Positions 48,482 through 59,125 are shown, numbered from the stretch's first letter. The stretch is 64,000 nucleotides of DNA from Candidatus Zhuqueibacterota bacterium (GCA_029262055.1 JAJDAD010000034.1:102430-166429), one strand, 5' to 3'. Translations and numbers: made by a program. Notes: a model not told the origin generated them from the letters alone.

Positions 48482-48948
48482 GAGGACTGTTCGGCGGCGA
48501 CAACGTGGTTACCACCAAGCTGGATGACGCCATTGGCTGGGCCAGGAAATTTTCCCTTTTTCCCTATCCATTTGTTACAGCCTGTTGCGGCATGGAGTAT
48601 ATGTCCGCCTCGTCTTCACACTACGATCTCGACAGGCTCGGCGCGGCTTTTCCCCGGTTTTCGCCACGTCAGGCCGACATGCTCATGTGCGTCGGGACTG
48701 TGAGCCAGAAGATTGCGCCGGTCTTGCGTCGTGTTTATGACCAAATGTGCGAGCCTAAATACGTGGTTGCTTTCGGGGTTTGCACCTGTACCGGTGGTTT
48801 TTACAATGATTATTCGACTGTGATGGGCATTGATACCATTCTGCCTGTCGACGTCTATATTCCAGGCTGTCCTCCCCGGCCGGAAACTGTCATTCAGGGT
48901 TTGATGCTGCTTCAGGACAAAATTCAAAAACAGAAGCAGGAATACTAA
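48472..48948 (+). CDS. nuoB: NADH-quinone oxidoreductase subunit B
   Basis: N2-cluster ligands: CCGMEYM, GVCTCTGGFY, GCPPRPE. Confidence 0.9.
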   Translation: MGLRGLFGGDNVVTTKLDDAIGWARKFSLFPYPFVTACCGMEYMSASSSHYDLDRLGAAFPRFSPRQADMLMCVGTVSQKIAPVLRRVYDQMCEPKYVVAFGVCTCTGGFYNDYSTVMGIDTILPVDVYIPGCPPRPETVIQGLMLLQDKIQKQKQEY

Positions 48949-48955
48949 GTTCAGC

Positions 48956-50821
48956 ATGATGCACATTTTCCGGGATTTGCAGAAAGAGCTTGGGGATTTC
49001 GTCTACGATGCGTACACCCATCATGGTGATGCGGTTGCGATCATAGACAGAAAGGCCATTCATGAGGTCTGTTCCTACCTGCGCCAGCAAAAAAACTTCG
49101 ATTTTCTGTTCGATTTGACCTGCGTCGACTACCCCGACCGCACTCCCAGATTTGAAGTGGTTTACCAGCTCCACAGCTTTGCCACCGGTGAACGTTTAAG
49201 ATTGAAAGTCCCGGTTGACGAGCGCGATCCGCAAGTCATTTCTGTGTCTGATATTTGGGATATTGCCAACTGGTACGAGCGCGAAGTGTGGGACATGTTT
49301 GGTGTCCGGTTCAAAGGGCACCCGGACTTGCGACGCTTGCTCATGTACGACGAGTTCAAGGGCCACCCTTTGCGGAAAGACTATCCCATTACCAGGCGCC
49401 AGCCGCTGGTCGGTCCGGATAAGACAAACAATAGCGTCATCAGCCCGACCCTGGAGCAGAGCAGGCAGGCGATGGATGAGTACGTCACCGAGGAAAACGG
49501 CCTCAAAGTCAAACACATGTTTCTGAATGTGGGGCCGTCGCATCCGGCAATGCACGGCGTTGTCAGAATTGTCGTGGAGCTCGATGGTGAAAAAGTCGTG
49601 GGCTCTGACCTCGGCATCGGCTATTTGCATCGCTCGTTTGAAAAGCACTCGGAGAGCATTTACTACAACGGCGTCTTTCCTTATACCGACAGGCTTAACT
49701 ACGTTTCACCCCTGATCAATAATGTTGGATACGCCCTTGCGGTCGAAAAGCTGCTCGGCATCGAGACCACGGAACGCTGCAAGTTCATTCGCATGATCAT
49801 GTGTGAAATATCGCGCATCGCCGACCACTTGACCTGCATCGGCGCTATGGCCATGGAGTTGGGGGCGATGACGGCGTTTCTCTATTTCATGGAAGCGCGC
49901 GAGGCCATGTACCAGCTCATCGAAGAGGTTACCGGAGCGCGTGTAACCATCTCTTATGTCAGGGTCGGCGGCGTTAAAAGTGAGTTTCCGGATAATTTTG
50001 AAAAGCGCGTTCGCCTGCAACTGAAGAGCGTGGAAGAGCAAATAGACCAGGTCCACAGATTGCTGACGCGCAACCGTATTTTCGTGGACCGGGTCCGCGA
50101 TGTTGCCGTAATTTCGTTGGACGACGCGATTTCATATGGATTTACGGGACCGATGCTGCGTGCGTGCGGCAGTGACTACGATGTGCGCAAGCAATTCTCC
50201 TACTGCAATTATGACCAAATAGACTTTGAAGTACCGGTCGGAGAAAACGGTGACGTTTTTGACCGCTATCTTGTCCGAATGGAAGAGATAGAGCAAAGCA
50301 TCCGCATCATCGACCAGGCTTTCGAAAAGATGCCCGCCGGCGCCATTATGGTGGATTTCGAAGGTCAGGAAATTCCGGCTGATAAAATGGCCGATCTGGG
50401 CAAATTCGGCCAGACCAGCGGTTTGCTCAACCAGGTCGCCGTCACTGATCCGACTTTACTGGGGAGCAACGCCGCCTTTCACTCGCAAGTGTACACGGCA
50501 GACAAGCGTGTCGCTTTGCCTGCAAAAGAAAAGACATACGGCAGCATCGAAGGCCTGATAAATCACTTTATGCTGATTATGGAAGGCTACGGCATTCGTC
50601 CACCTGGTGGCGAAGCGTACGTGCCGGTTGAGGGTGCAAACGGCGAGTTGGGGTTTTATGTGGTCAGCGATGGCAGCGACAAAGCCTATCGGGTGCGCTG
50701 CCGGCCGCCGTGCTTTTCGTTTGTTGCCGGTTTTAGCAAGTTGATTCAAGGTGGGCAACTGGCGGATATCGTGCCCGCTTTCGGCTCGATAAATATGATT
50801 GCTGGAGAGCTAGACCGATGA
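48956..50821 (+). CDS. nuoCD: NADH-quinone oxidoreductase fused subunits C/D
   Basis: NuoC (30 kDa) region ...WYEREVWDMFGVRFKGHPDLRRLL... continuous with the NuoD (49 kDa) region NVGPSHPAMHGVVRIVVELDGEKV; 621 aa; no hydrogenase-type CxxC pairs. Confidence 0.9.
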   Translation: MMHIFRDLQKELGDFVYDAYTHHGDAVAIIDRKAIHEVCSYLRQQKNFDFLFDLTCVDYPDRTPRFEVVYQLHSFATGERLRLKVPVDERDPQVISVSDIWDIANWYEREVWDMFGVRFKGHPDLRRLLMYDEFKGHPLRKDYPITRRQPLVGPDKTNNSVISPTLEQSRQAMDEYVTEENGLKVKHMFLNVGPSHPAMHGVVRIVVELDGEKVVGSDLGIGYLHRSFEKHSESIYYNGVFPYTDRLNYVSPLINNVGYALAVEKLLGIETTERCKFIRMIMCEISRIADHLTCIGAMAMELGAMTAFLYFMEAREAMYQLIEEVTGARVTISYVRVGGVKSEFPDNFEKRVRLQLKSVEEQIDQVHRLLTRNRIFVDRVRDVAVISLDDAISYGFTGPMLRACGSDYDVRKQFSYCNYDQIDFEVPVGENGDVFDRYLVRMEEIEQSIRIIDQAFEKMPAGAIMVDFEGQEIPADKMADLGKFGQTSGLLNQVAVTDPTLLGSNAAFHSQVYTADKRVALPAKEKTYGSIEGLINHFMLIMEGYGIRPPGGEAYVPVEGANGELGFYVVSDGSDKAYRVRCRPPCFSFVAGFSKLIQGGQLADIVPAFGSINMIAGELDR

Positions 50822-51294
50822 GCAAAGTAGCGTTTTCTCAGGAATCGCTGTCGGAATTTGAGCGAATTGTCGCGCAATATCCCGAGCGTCGGGCAGCCAT
50901 GCTCCCGACATTGTATCTCGCGGAGAAAGAATTTGGACACATTTCCCCCGAAGTCGAGGTCTACGTCGGTGAGTTGTTGCAAGTGCCGGCTATCAAAGTG
51001 CGGGAGGTGCTGACCTTTTACACGCTTTTTGCCAGCAAGCCACGCGGTAAACTGCACTTTCAGGTTTGCCGGGGGATTTCGTGTGATTTGCGCGGCTGCA
51101 CCAAGATCATAGAGCATTTACAAGAAAAGCTGAATTTGAATTCGGAAGAAACGAGCGCCGACTTGGCGTACACTTTGTCAGAAGTCGAATGCCTGGGTGC
51201 CTGCGAGACTGCACCGATGATGCAGTTGAACGACGATTATCACGGCGATCTGACGACAGAAACGGTAGATCTTATTCTGGACGAAAAGAAGTAG
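50818..51294 (+). CDS. nuoE: NADH-quinone oxidoreductase subunit E (24 kDa, [2Fe-2S])
   Basis: Cys ligands CRGISCDLRGC ... ECLGACETAP. Confidence 0.9.
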   Translation: MSKVAFSQESLSEFERIVAQYPERRAAMLPTLYLAEKEFGHISPEVEVYVGELLQVPAIKVREVLTFYTLFASKPRGKLHFQVCRGISCDLRGCTKIIEHLQEKLNLNSEETSADLAYTLSEVECLGACETAPMMQLNDDYHGDLTTETVDLILDEKK

Positions 51295-51301
51295 CCCGAA
51301 T

Positions 51302-52597
51302 ATGGCCGGCAAAATAATCTCAAAGTTCTTCGACATCGATGGCGGAAACACTATCGATGTTTATGAACGCCACGGTGGCTACCAGAGCATTCGCCGCGTC
51401 CTTAAAAAAATGGCGCCGGGACAGGTGACCGACGAGGTTCTGAAGTCCAACCTGCGTGGATTAGGCGGCGCCGGTTTTCCGGCGGGCCGGAAGTGGTCCT
51501 TCATCCCTAAGGACAGTCCCAAACCGAAGTTTCTGGTGGTCAACGCCGATGAAAGCGAACCTGGTACTTTCAAAGATCGCTACATCATGGACAGGTACAC
51601 GCATGGTCTGTTCGAAGGGATCATGATCGCCTCTTATGCCATCGGCGCAAACAAGGCATTTATCTACATTCGGGGCGAATACGTCCGACAGGCGGAGAAT
51701 CTGGTCGAGCAGATCAAGTGTGCCTATGACCGCGGCTACCTGGGAAAGAGAATCTTCGGTACGAATTTCAATCTCGATTTGGTCGTGCATCGCGGCGCAG
51801 GGGCTTACATTTGCGGAGAAGAGACCGCGCTGTTAGAGTCTCTCGAAGGCAAGAAGGGCTGGCCTCGGATGAAGCCACCGTTTCCCGCCATCGAGGGGGC
51901 GTTCAAGTGTCCGACCATCGTCAATAACGTTGAAACCATCGCCTATGTCCCGACCATTCTGCAGGAGGGCGGCGAGTGGTTTTCCGAGCTAGGTTCGGAA
52001 CGCAACGGTGGACTTAAACTGTATGGTGTCAGTGGTCATGTGAAGAAGCCCGGCGTGTACGAGTTGCCCATGGGAACATCGCTGCGTGAGATAATCTACG
52101 AACACGCCGGTGGCCTGCAGGACGGCAGAAAGCTAAAAGCGGTTGTGCCCGGCGGTTCGTCCGCTCCGGTTTTGACCGCCGACGAAATTGACGTGAAAAT
52201 GGATTACGACTCGCTGGCAAAAATCGGTTCCATGCTGGGAAGCGCCGGCGTCATTGTGATGGACGACACCACTGACATTGTTCGAGCACTATACGTCGTC
52301 ACCCGCTTCTATCATCACGAGTCATGCGGTCAGTGCACACCGTGCAGAGAGGGGACCGGCTGGGCCGAGAGGATCTTGAAACGCATTCTGGACGGAAATG
52401 GCAGGAGCGTGGACATAGATAATTTACTCAATATCGCGGGCAATATCATGGGCAACACCATTTGTCCGCTCGGCGATGCCGCAGCCTTGCCGCTGAAAAG
52501 CTACCTGACTAAATTCCGGGCCGACTTCGAAGCCGCAGTATCCGACAGAAACGGGGTTGGAAAAGTCGCAGATGAACCTGTTTCTTTGTTGAATTAG
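51302..52597 (+). CDS. nuoF: NADH-quinone oxidoreductase subunit F (51 kDa, FMN/NADH site)
   Basis: GLGGAGFPAGRKW, FMN/NADH motifs, N3 cluster ESCGQCTPCREG. Confidence 0.9.
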   Translation: MAGKIISKFFDIDGGNTIDVYERHGGYQSIRRVLKKMAPGQVTDEVLKSNLRGLGGAGFPAGRKWSFIPKDSPKPKFLVVNADESEPGTFKDRYIMDRYTHGLFEGIMIASYAIGANKAFIYIRGEYVRQAENLVEQIKCAYDRGYLGKRIFGTNFNLDLVVHRGAGAYICGEETALLESLEGKKGWPRMKPPFPAIEGAFKCPTIVNNVETIAYVPTILQEGGEWFSELGSERNGGLKLYGVSGHVKKPGVYELPMGTSLREIIYEHAGGLQDGRKLKAVVPGGSSAPVLTADEIDVKMDYDSLAKIGSMLGSAGVIVMDDTTDIVRALYVVTRFYHHESCGQCTPCREGTGWAERILKRILDGNGRSVDIDNLLNIAGNIMGNTICPLGDAAALPLKSYLTKFRADFEAAVSDRNGVGKVADEPVSLLN

Positions 52598-52606
52598 GGA
52601 AGCTCA

Positions 52607-54256
52607 ATGGTCAAAGTTACGATTGATGGAATCGAAATAGAAATCCCGAAGGGAACGACCGTCATCCAGGCGGCTGAACAGGCGGGCATCGAGATTCCGC
52701 GGTACTGTTATCATCCGGGACTGAGCATCGTCGGTGTGTGCCGAATCTGCCTGGTCGAGATTGAACGCATGCCCAAGCTGCAGGTGGCGTGCTACACGCC
52801 GGCTACAGAAGGCATGGTCGTGCACACCAACACGGAGCAGGTTTTGGAGGCGCGGCAAGCAGTGATGGAGTTCCTCCTGGTGAATCATCCGCTCGATTGC
52901 CCGGTCTGTGATCAGGCAGGCGAGTGCTGGCTGCAGAATTTTTACATGCAGCATGCCTTGCACGACAGCAGGATGTTCGAGAACAAGGTCAAGAAAAGCA
53001 AAGCCCTGCAAATCGGTCCCAACGTCATGCTCGACTCGGAGCGTTGCATATTGTGCTCGAGATGCGTGCGCTTCTGTGACGAAATCAGCAAATCGAATGA
53101 GCTGGGTATCTTCAACCGGGGCGACCGTGCGGAATTGCAGCCCTATCCCGGCACCGAGCTTGACAACGACTACTCCGGTAATACCATCGACATCTGTCCG
53201 GTGGGCGCGCTGACCGACCGGGACTTTCGCTTTCGCACGCGGGTCTGGTACTTGAGCGAAACCGAGTCAATCTGTCCCGGATGCAGCACGGGCTGCAACA
53301 TCAACGTACATCACAACGACCAACGTACCTACAAGGCGGGCGGCAGCCGAGTTTCCAGATTGAAGCCGCGCTACAATCCCGATGTTAACGAATGGTGGAT
53401 GTGCGACGCCGGCAGGTACGGTTTTACGCATGTAGATGCCGACAGCCGTATTCTGGCGCCAACCCGCAGCATCGGCGAAGAACAGGAAATGTCCTGGGGT
53501 GAAGCTGCCTCCGAGATAATGACCAAACTCAGGGAGGTCATCTCAGTCCACGGAAAAGAGAGTGTCGGTGTTATCCTGTCCCCACAAATGACAAATGAAG
53601 ACTTGTTTGTTGCCCGGCGTTTCTTCCGGGATGGACTTGGGTTGAAGCACATCGATTTTGAGGTCGCACCGTTGACTACAGGCGCAAAGGACGATTTCCT
53701 GATCAAAGCGGATAAGAACCCAAACACAGCCGGCGCGCGCCTTTTGGGAGTTGGAGCAAGACAGGGTTCCGGCATGACCGTTGCCGAGATGCTGGAGGCA
53801 GCGAGAAAACGCAAGTTGCGCGCGCTGTACATTTGCCACCATGACCTTGCCAATGGCTTTGCTGTTGACGTCGTGGAGGAAGCCCTCACGGCGCAGGATC
53901 TGGTCGTATTCCAGGGACCAAACACGAACTCGACATCAGCGCTTGCGCATTATGTGTTGCCGGCGGCGGCTTTCGTAGAGAAAACCGGCAGCTTCACCAA
54001 CTATGCCGAGCGCGTGCAGATGATTCACACTGCGGTTACGCCCTTGGGTGAATCAAAAGCTGATTGGCAAATATTCAGAAGCCTGGCGAAGGAAGCAGCT
54101 ATTTCGGTGCCGTACTTCGAGGCAGAGGATGTCTTTCAGGCGCTAACTGCGGAAGTAGAGGCGTTTTCCGGGCTGCCCTACGCCGGCCTCGCAGGACAGG
54201 GGATTGCCCTCCGTGACGGACAGGCACTTCCGGAATCAGAAACTGTGGTTGCATAA
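52607..54256 (+). CDS. nuoG: NADH-quinone oxidoreductase subunit G (short, 549-aa form)
   Basis: N-terminal [2Fe-2S] (CYHPGLSIVGVCRIC) and [4Fe-4S] motifs (HPLDCPVCDQAGEC; CILCSRCVRFC); shorter than the molybdopterin-domain-bearing forms. Confidence 0.85.
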   Translation: MVKVTIDGIEIEIPKGTTVIQAAEQAGIEIPRYCYHPGLSIVGVCRICLVEIERMPKLQVACYTPATEGMVVHTNTEQVLEARQAVMEFLLVNHPLDCPVCDQAGECWLQNFYMQHALHDSRMFENKVKKSKALQIGPNVMLDSERCILCSRCVRFCDEISKSNELGIFNRGDRAELQPYPGTELDNDYSGNTIDICPVGALTDRDFRFRTRVWYLSETESICPGCSTGCNINVHHNDQRTYKAGGSRVSRLKPRYNPDVNEWWMCDAGRYGFTHVDADSRILAPTRSIGEEQEMSWGEAASEIMTKLREVISVHGKESVGVILSPQMTNEDLFVARRFFRDGLGLKHIDFEVAPLTTGAKDDFLIKADKNPNTAGARLLGVGARQGSGMTVAEMLEAARKRKLRALYICHHDLANGFAVDVVEEALTAQDLVVFQGPNTNSTSALAHYVLPAAAFVEKTGSFTNYAERVQMIHTAVTPLGESKADWQIFRSLAKEAAISVPYFEAEDVFQALTAEVEAFSGLPYAGLAGQGIALRDGQALPESETVVA

Positions 54257-55339
54257 ATGACTGAAAGTATCGGCATTGTTCTCGGTAAGTTGGCGTTCGT
54301 GCTTTTGTTCGTCCTCAATTTTGGCGGCGTCCTTACCTGGGTCGAGCGCAAGCAGAGCGCTTTGATGCAGGACCGCATCGGCGCCAACCGCGCCGCGATT
54401 TTTGGTTTCAGAGCGATCGGCCTGTTTCACGGTATCGCGGATGCTGTCAAGATGTTCACCAAGGAGAGCTTTCGCCCGGCAAATGCGGAGAAGTTCATCT
54501 TTACTTTGGCTCCCGCCATTTCGGTCTTTTTCGCGCTCATCGGTTTTGCCGTTATCCCTTTTGGTGACAAATTGCTTCTCGGCGGTACGGAAATTAACTT
54601 GCAGCTCGCGCCCCTTAACGTCGGCGTGCTCTATCTGTTTGCGGTAGCTGGCATGGCCGTTTATGGTGTCGTGCTCGGCGCCTGGGCTTCGCGAAATAAT
54701 TATGCCCTGCTCGGTGGTTTGCGCGCCGCTGCGCAGATGATCTCCTATGAGGTCGCGCTCGGCGTTTCGATTTTCGGCTGCATCATGATTTACCAAACGG
54801 TAGACTTGCAGGAAATTGTCAGGTGGCAAGGCGGTTACTGGGGCGGCTGGCTGCCTGCCTGGGGTGTCTTTCTGCAGCCGGTTGGCTTCATTCTGTTTCT
54901 AACCGTGGGCATCGCTGAGACCAAACGCATTCCGTTCGACGCACCGGAAGGCGAGTCTGAAATCATCGGCTACAATCTGGAATACAGCGGCATGGGGTTC
55001 GGGATGTTCCTGCTGACGGATTTTATCGAGACCGTAATGATCGCGGCCATCACCGTCACGTTGTTCTTTGGCGGCTGGCAGGTGCCGTACCTGATGCCCG
55101 ACGGCTTTCATTTTCCGTGGGGAGGCACGGTCGAGTTAGCCAACTGGGCGGTTGCGATTTTGCAGGTGGTTTCCTTTACCTTTAAAGTCATCTTTTTTCT
55201 CTGGTTGCAGATGACGATTCGCTGGACACTGCCAAGATTCAGGTATGACCAGATTATGCGCCTGGGCTGGAAATATCTGCTGCCGATTTCTCTCGCGAAT
55301 ATCGTTATCACTGGATTTCTGATTTTGATGCTGAAATGA
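54257..55339 (+). CDS. nuoH: NADH-quinone oxidoreductase subunit H
   Basis: 8-TM ND1 homologue with the conserved N-terminal VERKQSALMQDRIG...GLFHGIADAVKMFTKE. Confidence 0.9.
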   Translation: MTESIGIVLGKLAFVLLFVLNFGGVLTWVERKQSALMQDRIGANRAAIFGFRAIGLFHGIADAVKMFTKESFRPANAEKFIFTLAPAISVFFALIGFAVIPFGDKLLLGGTEINLQLAPLNVGVLYLFAVAGMAVYGVVLGAWASRNNYALLGGLRAAAQMISYEVALGVSIFGCIMIYQTVDLQEIVRWQGGYWGGWLPAWGVFLQPVGFILFLTVGIAETKRIPFDAPEGESEIIGYNLEYSGMGFGMFLLTDFIETVMIAAITVTLFFGGWQVPYLMPDGFHFPWGGTVELANWAVAILQVVSFTFKVIFFLWLQMTIRWTLPRFRYDQIMRLGWKYLLPISLANIVITGFLILMLK

Positions 55340-55938
55340 TCAACGTTCACGACAAACACAAACCCCTGACTTTCATAGAGAAGACCTATCTGCCGGCAAT
55401 CGTCTCCGGTGTATTGCTGACTTCCAGGCATTTCTTTGTAAATCTGACACGCCATATCCTCAGGGCATTTGGCGTCAAACTGAAAAACATGGCGGCGGTC
55501 ACGATTCAATACCCTGAGTTTTTGCGGCCGCTGTTTCCAAGACTACGCACCATGCACCGCCTTACACGGCGCGAAGATGGTACGCCCAGGTGCGTTGCCT
55601 GCATGATGTGTGAAACCGTTTGTCCCGCCAAGTGCATTTACATTATTGCCGATGAAAAGCTGGAAAACCCGCAGATCGAAAAAATGCCCAGGAGCTTCGA
55701 TATCGACCTCGGCCTTTGCGTCTTTTGTGGCTATTGTGTCGAAGCCTGTCCGGAAGATGCCATCCGCATGGACACGGGAATCCTTGAGATTTCAAATTAC
55801 ACGCGGAACGGCATGATTCTGGACTTGGAGACAATGCTTAGCCTTGAACCTATGAGTAGCCGGTACGTCCAGTACGACCGTGGCGGCGAGGTAGTGTCTG
55901 CTGACTATATTGACGAAAGACACCGATCGGATGCTTAG
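55336..55938 (+). CDS. nuoI: NADH-quinone oxidoreductase subunit I (2x[4Fe-4S])
   Basis: CVACMMCETVCPAKCI and CVFCGYCVEACPEDAI. Confidence 0.9.
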   Translation: MINVHDKHKPLTFIEKTYLPAIVSGVLLTSRHFFVNLTRHILRAFGVKLKNMAAVTIQYPEFLRPLFPRLRTMHRLTRREDGTPRCVACMMCETVCPAKCIYIIADEKLENPQIEKMPRSFDIDLGLCVFCGYCVEACPEDAIRMDTGILEISNYTRNGMILDLETMLSLEPMSSRYVQYDRGGEVVSADYIDERHRSDA

Positions 55939-55947
55939 AGTCCTGCC

Positions 55948-55987
55948 GGTATGATTTTGCTCATGATCAGGCCCATACCTTGTTTTT
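55948..55987 (+). terminator. weak terminator-like hairpin between nuoI and the second nuo set
   Basis: ggtatg-(20 nt)-catacc followed by TTGTTTTT, 10 nt after the nuoI stop. Confidence 0.3.
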
Positions 55988-56051
55988 AAGAAAAAAACAG
56001 CTATATTAATTTCATTAAGTCTTACAGGATTTCTAACGAGGGAAGGACCAG

Positions 56052-56600
56052 ATGGCGAACAACCTCCGTCCATTTGTTGGCAAGGAACAACAATTTCTGC
56101 AGGAAGGCACCTACGGTGAGAATTTCATCATTACATCGGTAGACCGCATCTTGAGCTGGGCGCGTTTGTCTTCAATCTGGCCGATGACATTCGGCTTGGC
56201 TTGCTGTGCTATCGAAATGATGGCAACCGCTGCCTCACGGTACGACCTGGATCGGTTTGGGGCAGGCGTCATGCGCCCGAGTCCCCGTCAAACCGACCTT
56301 ATGATAGTCGCCGGCACCGTCACGCTCAAGATGGCAGACAGGATTAAACGGCTTTACGACCAAATGCCTGAGCCGAAGTATGTCCTGGCGATGGGGAGTT
56401 GCGCCACCAGCGGCGGCCCCTATTGGCAGCACGGCTACCACGTCCTGAAGGGCGTCGACCTGATCGTGCCAGTCGACGTGTATGTCACCGGTTGCCCGCC
56501 GCGTCCGGAGGCTCTGATCGACGGTGTGCTCAAGATCCAGGAGAAAATCCGCAAGGAAAGCAATTTTGCGCGTAAGAAGCAGGAAAGGGCGAACGTATGA
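56052..56600 (+). CDS. nuoB: second NuoB homologue (complex I Q-module, N2-cluster subunit)
   Basis: [25 protein letters not shown]; clearly diverged from the first NuoB. Confidence 0.85.
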   Translation: MANNLRPFVGKEQQFLQEGTYGENFIITSVDRILSWARLSSIWPMTFGLACCAIEMMATAASRYDLDRFGAGVMRPSPRQTDLMIVAGTVTLKMADRIKRLYDQMPEPKYVLAMGSCATSGGPYWQHGYHVLKGVDLIVPVDVYVTGCPPRPEALIDGVLKIQEKIRKESNFARKKQERANV

Positions 56601-57229
56601 ACCCAGAGGAGATTCACCAGAAACTCCAGGCCAAATTCGCTGATGAGATCATCGCTGTCAATACGGACGCACTCGATCCGTACATCCAGGTGGCACCTGC
56701 ACGCTTCCTTGAAATAGCCACCTTTCTGTGCGAGGATCCGGCTCTGAGTTTCAAGTCGTTGATGTCCCTGAGCGGCATGGACTACGGTGCAGAGACAGAA
56801 TTGGGCGTGGTGTACAGTCTGCATTCCCTGGCGAAGAAACACAAGATCACCATTCGCATCAATGTCGACCGCACGGATGCGCATATCCCTTCCGCTGAGA
56901 CGGTGTGGCGCACTGCTGACTGGCATGAGCGCGAGGCCTATGATCTGTTCGGCATTCACTTTGATGGCCACCGCGATTTGCGCCGAATCCTCTGCCCGGA
57001 GGACTGGGAAGGGTGGCCGTTGCGCAAGGACTACATTGTGCAGGAATACTATCACGGCATGCGTGTTCCGTACCAGGAAGACTGGCAGAAATACGAGACT
57101 TTTTCCAGGAATCCCGAACGGGGCCACCACGTTTTTGAATTCGAATCGAAAGTTCCGGGTTTGCTGAACGGCTCCCAGGAGAACGGCGACGACAGCGCCG
57201 GCAAATCGGAGGACCGAACCGATGGGTAA
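56597..57229 (+). CDS. nuoC: second NuoC homologue (30 kDa subunit), unfused
   Basis: [26 protein letters not shown] core motif; overlaps the upstream gene by 4 nt. Confidence 0.85.
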   Translation: MNPEEIHQKLQAKFADEIIAVNTDALDPYIQVAPARFLEIATFLCEDPALSFKSLMSLSGMDYGAETELGVVYSLHSLAKKHKITIRINVDRTDAHIPSAETVWRTADWHEREAYDLFGIHFDGHRDLRRILCPEDWEGWPLRKDYIVQEYYHGMRVPYQEDWQKYETFSRNPERGHHVFEFESKVPGLLNGSQENGDDSAGKSEDRTDG

Positions 57230-57794
57230 CTATTTCAATAATATCTTTCGGGCAATCTCAACTATCGCAGTGGGCATGGCGGAAACCTGGAAGGCTATGT
57301 TCCGCCCCCCCATCACCTTGCAGTACCCGAACGAGCGCTGGCAACTACCCGTTAATGCGCGCGGCATTCTCTTCAACAATGTCGACGATTGCATCGGCTG
57401 CTTCAAGTGCGCCCGGATTTGCCCGGTGCAGTGCATTTATATCGATACGGTGAAGGCCCTGCCTGACGAAGATCTGGGCAAAGCTTCCATGGGCAACCCC
57501 ATCCGGCAACATTTGGTGCGCTTCGATATTGACATGTTCAAATGTTGCTATTGCGACTTTTGTACAACGGTCTGCCCAACCGAGTGCTTGTACATGACGG
57601 AGGAATATGAGAATGGTGTGTTCAGCCGTGAAAACGGTATTTATCATTTCTCTAAATACTCGCCGCCAGAAGCGATGGCATTGCGCCGACGAGAGCAGGA
57701 GGAGACGATGACCAAGGCGCTCGCAAAAGAAGCAGCGCTGGCCGCGAAGAAAAAGGCCGCGGCGCAAAAAGGCAAGGAAACTGCTGAAGCTTAG
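57222..57794 (+). CDS. nuoI: second NuoI homologue (2x[4Fe-4S]) with a Lys/Ala-rich C-terminal tail
   Basis: CIGCFKCARICPVQCI and CCYCDFCTTVCPTECL; C-terminal ...KALAKEAALAAKKKAAAQKGK. Confidence 0.8.
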   Translation: MGNYFNNIFRAISTIAVGMAETWKAMFRPPITLQYPNERWQLPVNARGILFNNVDDCIGCFKCARICPVQCIYIDTVKALPDEDLGKASMGNPIRQHLVRFDIDMFKCCYCDFCTTVCPTECLYMTEEYENGVFSRENGIYHFSKYSPPEAMALRRREQEETMTKALAKEAALAAKKKAAAQKGKETAEA

Positions 57795-57848
57795 AAATCG
57801 ATTGCAGCAATAGCGCACAAATTTACTACGAAACCGAAGGAACCCAGA

Positions 57849-59099
57849 ATGTTTGGCAATCTCTTTAAAAAGAGACGTTATATCTTCGAAGACGAAAGCA
57901 CCATGGTCTTTGACATGGACCAGACCGCTGGTCGCTACTACGATGAAGCGATGAAGAAGCTCGAAATCGAGGCTTATGAAGGCGATGAGATGATCGTCAA
58001 CATGGGGCCGCAACATCCAAGCACGCACGGTGTGCTGCGGCTGGAATTGGTTCTCGACGGAGAGCTGGTAAAAAAGGTGACGCCTTATCTTGGCTATCTG
58101 CATCGCAACTTTGAGAAACATGCGGAAAATACCAGCTACAACGAAGTCATCCCTTTCTGTGACAGGCTGGACTATCTGGCCTCGATGAACCAGGACCTGG
58201 CCTACGCCCTGGCGGTGGAAAGGCTAATCGGGCTGAATGAGTTGCCGGAAAAAGTTGAATATGCGCGCGTTCTGTGTTGTGAGCTGAACCGGATCGCCAG
58301 CCACCTTGTGGCAGTTGGGACGTTTGGACTGGATGTCGGCGCTTTTACGCCGTTTCTTTGGGCCTTTCGTGACCGTGAAAAAATCCTCGACCTGTTAGAG
58401 TGGCTGTCCGGCGCCCGTATGTTGTACAACTATATTTGGGTTGGCGGTTTGGCCAGAGACCTTCCTGGCGGCTGGCTCGCCAAAGTGCGGGAGTTCCTCG
58501 ACTACTTTGAACCCAAAATGGTCGAGTTCAACAAAGTCCTGACCAGCAATCACATCTTTATCGAGCGAACCGCCCACGTCGGCATCCTGGATCCCGATGT
58601 GGCTGTAAGTTATGGATGCACCGGTCCGGTTCTGCGCGGATCAGGTGTCAAGTTCGACCTGCGCAAAGACGAACCTTACTCTTACTATGACAAGTTCGAG
58701 TTTGATGTTCCGGTAGGAGACGGCCAGTTTGGGCCCCTCGGTTCTGTCCTGGACCGCTTTGTTGTACGGATTCAGGAAATCACGGAGTCAGTCAAAATCA
58801 TCCGTCAGGCGTTGGATGGTATTGAGCCATTCACGGATCAGGATGTTAAGCAAGCAATACCGCGCCGCATCCGGCCTGCCGCAGATGCGGAAATGTATGT
58901 CAGGAGCGAGACGCCGCGCGGCGAATTAGGATTTCTGATCAGAAGCGACGGCTCTGATGTGCCGTCCCGGGTCAAGGCCCGCTCTCCTTGTTTCAGCAAC
59001 ATCAATGTTGTCGATGATTTGTCGCGTGGCGGTCTGCTGGCCGACCTGGTAATCATTATCGGGAGCCTGGATATCGTGCTGGGATGCATCGACAGATAG
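57849..59099 (+). CDS. nuoD: second NuoD homologue (49 kDa subunit), unfused
   Basis: MGPQHPSTHGVLRLELVLDGE start and C-terminal ...SPCFSNINVV...; lacks [NiFe]-hydrogenase CxxC ligand pairs. Confidence 0.85.
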   Translation: MFGNLFKKRRYIFEDESTMVFDMDQTAGRYYDEAMKKLEIEAYEGDEMIVNMGPQHPSTHGVLRLELVLDGELVKKVTPYLGYLHRNFEKHAENTSYNEVIPFCDRLDYLASMNQDLAYALAVERLIGLNELPEKVEYARVLCCELNRIASHLVAVGTFGLDVGAFTPFLWAFRDREKILDLLEWLSGARMLYNYIWVGGLARDLPGGWLAKVREFLDYFEPKMVEFNKVLTSNHIFIERTAHVGILDPDVAVSYGCTGPVLRGSGVKFDLRKDEPYSYYDKFEFDVPVGDGQFGPLGSVLDRFVVRIQEITESVKIIRQALDGIEPFTDQDVKQAIPRRIRPAADAEMYVRSETPRGELGFLIRSDGSDVPSRVKARSPCFSNINVVDDLSRGGLLADLVIIIGSLDIVLGCIDR

Positions 59100-59125
59100 T
59101 GTCAACAATTAACGAGGTTTAATTG

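Noticed and set aside
57849-59099. Group-4 [NiFe] hydrogenase large-subunit interpretation of the second NuoD (with the second NuoB as small subunit)
   Set aside because: Neither NuoD homologue has the N-terminal RxCGxCxxxH or C-terminal DPCxxCxxH Ni-Fe ligand motifs; both are complex-I-type.
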